From NCBI GenBank assembly GCA_965221575.1, contig CBDCSM010000007.1:84358-148357 (forward strand): a DNA stretch of 64,000 bases, given 5' to 3'. Of this stretch, positions 49,707 through 58,300 are shown piece by piece. A program made the position numbers and the translations under genes. Every line of letters begins with the position of its first letter. Position 1 is the stretch's first letter. Source of the DNA: Paracoccaceae bacterium. GTDB lineage: Bacteria > Pseudomonadota > Alphaproteobacteria > Rhodobacterales > Rhodobacteraceae. The notes beneath the pieces were generated by a model. That model ran no database searches. It saw nothing but the letters and a program-made list of their open reading frames with translations, and was not told the DNA's origin.

Positions 49707-50459
49707 CTTGTCGCGCGGCTTCTTGACCCGCGCCGGCAAGCCCTCGACGCCGTAATGCTCAAGCAGATCGGCGTAGGTCTCGTTCAGGACCGGTTCGTAG
49801 CGTGACGGGGTCTTCACTGCTGCCTTGACGTTGTCGGGCACCGCAACCTGCGGCGCCCAGCCCATGTCTTCGAAACAGCGCACGTGAGAGTTGCACCAGT
49901 CATCGATCTTCTGGCTGAGGGTCGCTTCGGCGTAGACCCGACCCGAGACCCCCATCGAGGCGACGAACACCTGCGCGGCATGCTCAACCCCGTCGAGGAA
50001 CAGCGGGATGGTCGTGCCAGCGTAATCAACGAACAGCCGTTCGCCGGGACGGCGGTTCTGGCGCATCGTCACATCCACGCACGGCCGCCAGTCGCGGAAC
50101 CGGCGCGTCCAGGTCACATAGCTCATGCCGTCGGGATGGGTCTCGCGCCATTCCTCCCACAGCAATTTCAACGTCACGCCGCGGTCCGAAAGGTCGCTCT
50201 CAACCGTTGCCCAATCCACATCTTCGTCCGCAGGCCGAACCTGCCGCACCGGATAGAGCGCCGCCTCCAGCACCTCATCGTCCATGTCGGCCGCTTCCGG
50301 CCAACTCAAGCCCGAAGCCGCAAACCGCTCCAGGGTCTGTCCCACCGAGCGTCGGGCGAGACCGCAGTGGGTCGCGATCGCCCGGGCGCTGCGGCCCTCG
50401 TCAAAGTGAAATTCCAGTATCTTCCTGACTTTCCTCATGGGCAGCCTCTTCTGTGCCAT
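49707..50459 (-). pseudogene. istA: IS21-family transposase IstA, N-terminal fragment
   Basis: MAQKRLPMRKVRKILEFHFDEGRSARAIATHCGLARRSV... (HTH) through the DDE region (...LFVDYAG...) to ...PARVKKPRDK. The last 5 tracked codons and the stop come from cassette A. Confidence 0.8.
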
Positions 50460-50632
50460 TCCTTACTCCTCGGACTGATCGCAAAATCCGAGGTGTAAAC
50501 CGGCATCCTGATTCAAACCAAAGCCAGTCACCCCGAGGGGTGGCTACCATGGTGAAATCAGGCGGCTACCTTGAGTGAAATTCGGTGGCTACTTTCAGTG
50601 AAATTGGGTGGCTACTTTCGTGAAATTTTGCA

Positions 50633-51093
50633 ATGCCCAGCTCCTTCTCGGCCCGGGCCTCGGAGCAACAGAACAGGCGGAGCTCGGAAGCCTCCTCGTC
50701 GGTGACGGCCTGGATGTGGACCTTCCCGCGGGTGCGGGTCTCGATCGCCGTCGCCAGGTCGGGGTCGAAGTGGCGGACCCGTTCGCGACTGACCACGAGA
50801 TAGCGGTAGCCATTGTCGCGGAGCCAAGCGACGTTGTCCTCGGTGGCGACGCCGGCGTCCATCACCACCAGCGCATCCCGGGGTGCCGAAAGCCTGGTCA
50901 GCATCCCCTCCAGCGTGCTGCTTTCCTTGACGTTGCCGGGGAACACGTCCGAGCGCTGCACGAAACCGCTGCCGTCGAGAACCAGGCCCAGGGTCAGTAA
51001 CGGACAGTCGCTGCGCTTCTCCTTCGAGTGGCCACGCTGGGCCTTGGGCTGCTTGTCAGCCGCACCCTCGAAAAACGTGTTGGTCAGGTCGAA
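50633..51093 (-). pseudogene. IS1634-like DDE transposase, middle fragment
   Basis: DLTNTFFEGAADKQPKAQRGHSKEKRSDCPLLTLGLVLDGSGF...VVMDAGVATEDN...ARAEKELGI. Bounded by cassette B on one side and the IS21 element on the other. Confidence 0.75.
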
Positions 51094-51444
51094 CGAACTG
51101 CCATCTGACTGATCACCTCCATGTTGCATTTCTGTACGGATTCCGGGAGCGCCCCGCAACCCGTTGACATGATACTGTTTTCTTCATGTTGCCGCGCTCG
51201 GGCTTGAAACGCCTGTTCCTGGTTTACAACGTGCAACTGCCGAAATGCCCGCGATTGGGGCCCATGTTCGCCGGGTCCGGACCCGCCGACCCGGTGCGTC
51301 CCCCTCGCTTGAACGCCGGATCCTCGCCGAAAACCCGTACGACAGGGGATCCGACGGCGATTCCGCGCAGGCAGGGTCGCAAAATCGGCCCCGCAGGCGG
51401 GGTTTACGTCATGCAACTCCGGGGCCGCAGCCGGGATCACCGGG

Positions 51445-53631
51445 TCAGCCATCGCCTGCCTCCGGGGTCTCGAAAAGCGGAAGCCGGTCGTCGCCAAGCT
51501 GAACATACAATCCCTTGACTGAACCGCGGCGGATGTGCCGGGCCTTCAGCGCACCGGACCGGATCCGCTGCCAGATCACCTGACGGGACACGCCAAGACG
51601 TTTCATCGCCCTGTGAAGCGACACGAAGCCGGCCGGCGGTTCGTCGCAGAACTGGCTGCGCAACTCCGGCGTCATGCGGATCCGATAGGGTGCCCCGGAT
51701 GCCGGTTGTTCGGCCGGCACGATCCCTGCCCGGATCCAGCGGTAGAGCGTGCCGACAGTTGTTTGCAGTTCACGGGCCGCTTCGGCCACGCTGAGCAGGG
51801 GGGCGTTGGTGTCTCGCCTGTCGGCGCGCCAGGCCGGAATGTCGTTGCGCAGCCGCAACTGCCGGACGAGATACGCGGTGAACGCAAGCCCCTTGGCGGT
51901 GCGCCGCCCCTGGCGGTTGAGAATGATCGCCGTCCGGGCGTCCGGGTAATGCGCGGCCAGCCGGCGGACGAGCGCCACCGTGTCGATATCGTCACGGACC
52001 ACCGCCGGAGCCTGGTGCGAGGGCAGCTCAAACTCATCCGTCGCGCCCCCGTGCCAACGCACGAGGATCCGAATGACTTTCGCCGTCCCGTCGCGCCAGA
52101 GCATGACCTCCTCCACCAGGCAGGCCAGAAGACGCTTGCGGTCCCGGGCGGTGACAACGGGAGACTCCCAGAGCCGGGAGAGGCGCATGCCCAGGGCATT
52201 CAGCCGCGCCAGGGGCGGCGGTTCGGGACGGTCCCGCTGCGCCTGCTCCAGGGCGTCCCGGGCCGCGGCCAGGGCCTCCAGGGCCCGGTTCCAGTCGCGT
52301 TCGAGCGTATCGGCGACCAGGCGATTGTCGGGGTCCACCTTGCGATAGCGGCGTTCCGCAAGCGAGGCTTCATAGTTGCAGCGGTCAACGTCCAACCGCA
52401 GTGTCCGATGCGCCTCCTGGTCCTTTTGCTGCTGCTGCCTGAACGCCTCGGCCGCCGCCTCGATGCCGGACGCCGAAACCGCTTCAAGGAATGTGTCGCC
52501 AATCAGGGCATCGATGCGCTTGCCGCCGACCGTCATGCACGACCGTCGGTCGGCATCTCCGTTGCGTGGCGCGCAGATGTAGGTCCACGCCTTGCCGTAG
52601 GCGACGTTCATGGCGCGGCCGCAGTGACCGCAGACCACGCGACCCTGCAGCAGCGCCTTGCCTTCCCGCTCTGCGCCCCCCGTTCCCGATGCCGTCGAGT
52701 TCGCCGACAGCCGGTCCTGGATCTCAAGCCAGACCGGCCAGGGGACGTAACCCTCGTGATGATCCTTGATCAGGACATGCCAGTCATCCGGGCCAACCTT
52801 GCGGATGATGCGCCGGACCTGGTTGTCGTCGCCCAATACCCGCTCCGTCCGCTGGCGCCCGTAGACATAAGCGCCCCCCATGGCCGGATTGCGGAGAATC
52901 GAATGGACGCGCTCATAGCGGGCTTCGCTCCACACGACGGTGTCGCTGCCCGATTGACGGCTGGGAAGCCGGACCCCCTCATCCCGAAGCGCCTGGATCG
53001 CCTGGCGTGCCGAGCCGTGCGCCAGGAAACCGGAAAACACCCGGTCGATCGCATGCCGGACCTGCAGGTCCGGATCCTTGAGCAGCGAAGTCCCCTCCAG
53101 CACGTATCCGATCGGAATGTGGTGATACAATTCGCCGCGGGCGGCCTTGTTCCGGATGCCGCCCTGCAGGCGCGTCCGGATCAGGAAGGCTTCCGATTCC
53201 GAAAGCGTGCCCTTGATCGAGAGAACAAGATTGTCGTCATGGCGGGCCGGGGAATACACCTGCTCCCCTTCAACCAGCAGCGTATCCGTCATCCGGCACC
53301 AGTCGAGCAATTGAAACCACTCCACAGGATTGCGCGCCAGGCGACTGACCTCAAGACCGAAGACCGCCCCCACACGACCGCGCGCGACCGCATCGGCAAG
53401 CCGCGAAAAGCCGTCGCGTTCGCCCGCAAACGAACCCGACCGGCCCTGGTCCGCATCCACGGTCTCAATCAGGTCGTCGTGCCAGCCCAGGGCGCGCGCC
53501 TCGTTGGCCAGCGCGTACTGACGCTCCGTGGATTCCCGGTTCGCGTTGACCTGCGTCGGCGTCGATTGCCGGATGTAAATCAGGGCACGGCGTTCAAGGT
53601 GGCGGGCCGTGATCTTCTCGCCTGCGCTCAT
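51445..53631 (-). CDS. Large serine recombinase (cassette B)
   Basis: MSAGEKITARHLERRALIYIRQSTPTQV (catalytic Ser motif), GLEVSRLARN, Zn ribbon CGHCGRAM...YICAP, a coiled coil, and two C-terminal HTH-like segments. Its ATG at 53631 overlaps the upstream ORF stop (ATGA). Confidence 0.85.
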   Translation of the reverse strand: MSAGEKITARHLERRALIYIRQSTPTQVNANRESTERQYALANEARALGWHDDLIETVDADQGRSGSFAGERDGFSRLADAVARGRVGAVFGLEVSRLARNPVEWFQLLDWCRMTDTLLVEGEQVYSPARHDDNLVLSIKGTLSESEAFLIRTRLQGGIRNKAARGELYHHIPIGYVLEGTSLLKDPDLQVRHAIDRVFSGFLAHGSARQAIQALRDEGVRLPSRQSGSDTVVWSEARYERVHSILRNPAMGGAYVYGRQRTERVLGDDNQVRRIIRKVGPDDWHVLIKDHHEGYVPWPVWLEIQDRLSANSTASGTGGAEREGKALLQGRVVCGHCGRAMNVAYGKAWTYICAPRNGDADRRSCMTVGGKRIDALIGDTFLEAVSASGIEAAAEAFRQQQQKDQEAHRTLRLDVDRCNYEASLAERRYRKVDPDNRLVADTLERDWNRALEALAAARDALEQAQRDRPEPPPLARLNALGMRLSRLWESPVVTARDRKRLLACLVEEVMLWRDGTAKVIRILVRWHGGATDEFELPSHQAPAVVRDDIDTVALVRRLAAHYPDARTAIILNRQGRRTAKGLAFTAYLVRQLRLRNDIPAWRADRRDTNAPLLSVAEAARELQTTVGTLYRWIRAGIVPAEQPASGAPYRIRMTPELRSQFCDEPPAGFVSLHRAMKRLGVSRQVIWQRIRSGALKARHIRRGSVKGLYVQLGDDRLPLFETPEAGDG

Positions 53632-54085
53632 CGTCCATCTCCGCTGCAGCAACCTTCGTCATCAGTTGCGACAGTTGCGTCACAAACGCCGCCCGGCTCT
53701 CCTGCGGAAACCTCTGCCACCGCGCCAGACGTTCCTCCCAGGCCAGAAGCGCCAGAAGCGGCGGTTCCCGATCGTGGCCCTGTGATCCCAACCCGATCCT
53801 CCAGTGTCCTGATCCGTTCAAGCAGGGCGAAAAATGCGTCAAGCGTGCCGCGGGTGCAAGCCACCGGGCGCGCGCATCCGCCCAGCGTCGTCCAATCCGA
53901 CGGAATCCGGAAACGCTGACCGTCCGGCATCTCCACATCCAGAAAAACGCGGCCGCAGGCGTGCCTGCGAACCTTGTTAACCTTCAGTTCCCGGGTATCG
54001 TACGGGTGCTTGAAACGCTTGAGAAAAACCGGCTCCGACGGCAGGCGCCGGGAAAGCCCTCGAAGTGTATTAGTCTGTTGCCCCT
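53628..54085 (-). CDS. Left-end ORF of cassette B (orfL-B), homologous to orfL-A, with no in-element start upstream of its conserved motif
   Basis: The frame is open from the element end: ...VFLKRFKHPYDTRELKVNKV...VEMPDGQRFRIPSDWTTL...LDAFFALLERIRTL.... The first canonical in-element start (GTG 53936) lies after the conserved RF.HP motif. The C-terminal 50 codons are low-complexity, and a second frame overlaps them. Confidence 0.5.
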
Positions 54086-54777
54086 TCGAAAAGCGTCACC
54101 GTGTGTCCCAGTGAGAACAGGTCCGTCACCCGCTCGAACATGTGGGTCTCGATCTCCCGGCGCCGCGACAGCAGGGCATCCGAGGCCCGGTACAGGCGCA
54201 TCATGTCCATGGTCTCGAAATCGACATCGAGCAGTTCGCCGAGCGCACTCCGCTCGCAGAGCCAGCGCCAGGTCGCACGCTCCGAGCCCGGCACCGCCAT
54301 GCGGCCGATGATCGACCCCATGGCCACGGCCCGCGAGCGGCGGTTGAAACCCAGGCGCACAAGAAGTTCCCCGATGCCGAGTTGTTCCATCGCCCACAGC
54401 CCCACGTGCTCGACACCGGCAGAACGCGGGCGCACCATCTCCAGGGACGTCACGTCCACCGTTTCCATTCTGGGACCGGTCCCGGCGCCTGCGACCGGAG
54501 GCGAACGGCTGACCAGCCGGGCGGCGATGCGCTGCGCTTCCGCCTCGACCTCATCGGGCCAGGGGAGCGGCAGAAGTGTCTCCTGGCGCCCGATGAGCTG
54601 GGTGATGCGCGCGCACAACAGGCGCCAGTGTTTCTTCTCCACGGGGAAATTGCTTCCGAGGTTGAGGAGGGTCCTCTGCCTGACCCTGTCGCCCTGTCGT
54701 TCGTTGCGGACGAGGCGGTAGGAGAAGTACTCGGTTCCGTCCTCTGTGGTGCGTGTTTTGGCGCGCCTGATGAACAT
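54086..54777 (-). pseudogene. IS1634-like DDE transposase, N-terminal fragment
   Basis: MFIRRAKTRTTEDGTEYFSYRLVRNERQGDRVRQRTLLNLG... through ...DLFSLGHTVTLF. The frame then runs into cassette B and stops. Confidence 0.75.
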
Positions 54778-55334
54778 GGCGTGAGTTTATCATGTTGTGG
54801 GGAGTGCTGGAATCCCCTTTCTTTCAGATTATGGCACCACGATCCACTGGCACGAATACAATATCAGGTAAAAACAGAGCGTTGGAGGATACGGGAAGTC
54901 AAAAATACCCCGAAATCGGCAGAATCGCGCCAAAAAATGTCAAACATGGGTTAACAAATTTATGGAAGGCTACCTGACCTCGCCGGACGGCCACGCCTCC
55001 GCACCTGAAATCCTCCTGAATGAACGAGCCTTAAAAAGGCCTGATGACCTGCAACCCTACTTGAGCCGCAGGAAAAACAGCAGACTTCGGACTTGACGAG
55101 ATGGGACCCAAGGGAACAGAAATGAGAGGTGACGAACAGAGACACTGGATGACTTCTAGGCAAATGTTGGTCGAATTCGCCCTGGTTCATGCGCTGCATG
55201 ACCTGTGAATCCTTCCCGGCCAGATTTCTCCTTTTCGGGATTGATACGCCTGATTTTGCGTCCGTCCGGTCACAAGTGCGGCGCATCAGGGCATCAGGAA
55301 TCTCGGACGTTTTTTTGACGGAGCAAACATCGCG

Positions 55335-58300
55335 ATGATGGATTCCAACTTGCCTGCCTGTCCTGACGAAGAACCGCAAGACCCCACCGAAGCACGTTCG
55401 CCGGACTTTTCCGAATTCGGGGCGCCGGTGGCGATTGTCGGCATGGCCTGCCGATTCCCCGGGGCAGACGGCCTTTCCGCTTTCTGGCGCCTTCTGGAAG
55501 CCGGTGGAAACGCGGTGCAGGAGGGCCTTCCAGGGTCCGGAATCGGGCGCGTGGGCGCCATGTTCCCGGACGATACTGGACAGATCGACGCCTGCCGTTT
55601 TGGCGCCTATCTTGACGATCTCGACCGGTTTGACGCCGCCTTCTTCCGCATTTCTCCGGTCGAAGCACAACTGCTGGATCCGCAGCAACGGCTGATCCTG
55701 GAGATAAGCTGGCGGGCTCTCGAAGATGCCGGCATTGATCCCGAACTGCTGAAAGACAGCCCTGCTGGCGTCTATGCGGGCATCAGCAACAACGACTACC
55801 GGGGGTTGATTCTGGAGGCCAGCGAGAATGCCGGGCCGGCCGAGCCAGCCGCCAGCCTGTATGCGGTCACCGGCACATCCCTCAATACGGCGATCGGCCG
55901 GGTTGCGTTTGCTCTCGGGTTCGGCGGGCCGGCGATGGCGGTGGACACTGCCTGCTCGTCATCGCTGGTCGCGATGCACCAGGCGGTCACGGGCTTGCAG
56001 CGGGGAGATGCTGACCTCGCCCTCGCAGGCGGTGTGAACATCATTCTTTCCGGCCGGCTTCTCGAATTCAGGGCCAATGCGGGAATGCTGTCGCCCGACG
56101 GCCAATGCAAGACTTTCGATGCCTCCGCCAACGGATATGTCAGGGGCGAAGGCTGCGGCATCGTCGTCCTGAAACGACTCGCTGACGCGGAAGCCGACGG
56201 CGACCGCATCTGGGGCGTGATCCGGGGTACGGCGCTGAACCAGGACGGGGCAAGTCCCGGACTGACGGTTCCTAACGGGGCGGCGCAGGAACGTGTGATC
56301 GCGGCGGCGCTCGGGAGGGCCGGTGTCCAAGCTTCGGATATCGACTACCTGGAGGCGCACGGAACGGGCACCGAGGTGGGCGACCCGATCGAGATCAAGG
56401 CAACGGCCGCGGTTTACGGGCGCGATCGCGATGCCTCCTGCCCGCTGCTGATCGGATCGGTAAAAACCAACATTGGCCATCTGGAGTCGGCGGCAGGGGT
56501 AGCAGGGGTAATCAAGACCGTGCTTGCGATGAACCGCGGCATCATCCCCAGGCACCTCCATTTCAATGACCCGAATCCCGAGATGGACTGGGAGCGGCTG
56601 CCATTGCAGGTGACGTCCTCACCGACGCCGTGGCCCACCAACGCGGACCGCCCGCCGCTGGCAGGCGTCAGTGGTTTCGGATGGTCGGGGACAAACGCCC
56701 ATGTCGTGCTTGAAGGATACGTCCCGCCCGATGGTGCCACGCGCTCGCCTGACCCGGACAGTTGGATCGCCGGCGCTCCGAAACAGATCGCGGTTTCACA
56801 GCTGATACCAGCCGCGCCACGAAAGTCGAAGGACGGCCTAGCGCCGCGCACGACGCGCCTTCTGCCGCTCTCCGGAAAGTCGGATGGAGCGCTGCGTGAT
56901 TCGGCCGGGCGTTATCTCGCCTGGCTCGATGAAAAGGAGGACCCGCTTGCGGCCGGGAGCACGGGAGCCGATCCGCTGCTTTCCGACATGGCCTGGTCGG
57001 CCAGTATCGGGCGAAGCCATTTCGGCTACCGCGCGGGCTTGGCATTCCGGGACGTTGCGTCACTGCGCGAGGGTTTGCGGGCGATTGCCGATACGGACGA
57101 AGGACCATCTGCATCGCGAAATGCCTCCATGGTGGCGTTCGCTTACACCGGACAGGCCAGTCAATGGCCGGGCATGGGCGCTGTACTCTATGACAGCGAA
57201 CCCGTCGTGCGCGCCGTGCTTGACAGGTGCGATGACGTGCTCAGGCAAATGCGTGGCGCCTCGCTGCTCGCCGTGATGTTCGGTCGTCCCGGAGCCGCGG
57301 GAGACCTCGACGATCCGCAGTGGAAACAGCCTGCGATTTACGCGCTCGAATGCGCCCTCACGGCGCTGTGGTCGAGCCACGGCATCCGGCCGGACGTCGT
57401 GCTCGGACACAGCCTGGGAGAGGTCGCCGCAGCGAATGCCGCGGGCGCGCTCGAACTGGAGGATGGTTTGCACCTTGCGGCGGCGCGGGGAACGTTGGTC
57501 GGCGCCCTGCCGGGTGATGGAGCCATGGGGGCGGTATTCGCGCCAGCCGCGCGCGTTTCGAATGCGTTGGAAGAGCACAACGCGGCGACTCAAGGTATCG
57601 GCCTCTGCATCGCCGCCGACAACGGAGCGCACCAGGTCATCAGCGGTCCGGCTGAGGAGATCGTGGCGATCCTCGAACAGCTGGAGGCGGCCGGAATTCG
57701 GGTCGCACGGTTGCGCAAGAGCCCCGCCTACCACAGTGCCATGATCGAGCCCGCGCTGGACGAACTGGAGGCAGCCCTTTCCCGGATTCCCTCAGTGCCG
57801 CCGAAGATTCCCTTCGTCAGCAATCTGAGTGGACAGACGCTCCGTTCTGGCCAAACGCTGGACGCGGCTTACTGGCGCCAGCAGATGCGCGCACCGGTGG
57901 CGTTCCGTACCTGTGTCGAGACCCTGGCAGGGCTTGGCGTGGACGCGGTTGTCGAGATCGGTCCGCACGCCGTGCTCGGGCCTATGATCTCGATGGCCTG
58001 GCCGGAATCCGGCAGGGTCACCGAGCCGGCGGTCGTGTCGAGTCTCAGGAGACCGGCAACTGGCGAAGAACCACCGGCGCCAGGGTCAGGCGGTGGTTTT
58101 GTGGAAGCCCTTGCCGGCGCGTATGAGGCCGGGCTTCCTCTACGCTTCGAAGGCCTTTTCGCGGGTGAATCACGGCGACGCATTGCGCTGCCAGGCTATC
58201 CGTTTCAGCGCGAACGCTACTGGGTCGAGGCCCCCAGGCGGCGGCGGTCGGGCACCGGCCACCCCTTGCTGGGAGTGCGCCACGAGTCCGCGAGCGGCGA

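Larger units (their letters stand above)
44332..50632 (-). mobile_element. IS21-family insertion sequence (itself interrupted), 5-bp target duplication ATGCC
   Basis: Ends are TGCCAAATTTCACCAACGTACCACC... and ...GGTGGCTACTTTCGTGAAATTTTGCA. The ends carry 3 and 4 reiterated GGTGGCTAC-N-GTGAAAT subrepeats. ATGCC is present at 44327-44331 and 50633-50637. Removing the element restores the host reading frame (EKELGITERF). Confidence 0.8.
51094..54085 (-). mobile_element. LSR cassette B: 2992-bp large-serine-recombinase element inserted in the IS1634-like transposase gene
   Basis: Flanked by TCGAA at 51089-51093 and 54086-54090. Deleting the element plus one core restores ...HTVTLFDLTNTFFEG.... 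Its recombinase and left-end ORF are paralogous to those of cassette A. There is no separate HTH gene. Confidence 0.7.
43548..54954 (-). mobile_element. IS4-superfamily (IS1634-like) insertion sequence carrying two nested insertions
   Basis: Imperfect 19-bp terminal inverted repeats (16/19): TTAACCGAAGTTTGACATT at 43548-43566 and its complement at 54936-54954. They enclose a transposase gene split into three collinear pieces. Subtracting the nested elements leaves about 2.1 kb. No clear target duplication was seen. Confidence 0.55.

Noticed and set aside
51535-53919. 794-aa plus-strand ORF. Similar long ORFs occur at 29681-31174, 48243-49685, 14782-15801, 21533-22510, 34285-35655, 41448-42341, 44470-45888 and 59592-61988.
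   Set aside because: All lie antisense to, or in alternative frames of, genes with clear family signatures. Their translations are Arg/Pro/Gly-rich and low in complexity, as expected for shadow ORFs in GC-rich DNA.
43617-54850. Direct repeat TTATGGCAC(T/C)AC... at 43617 and 54828 as a long target duplication of the IS1634-like element.
   Set aside because: The repeats are imperfect and would leave almost no room for terminal repeats. The 19-bp inverted repeats at 43548 and 54936 give a more sensible element.
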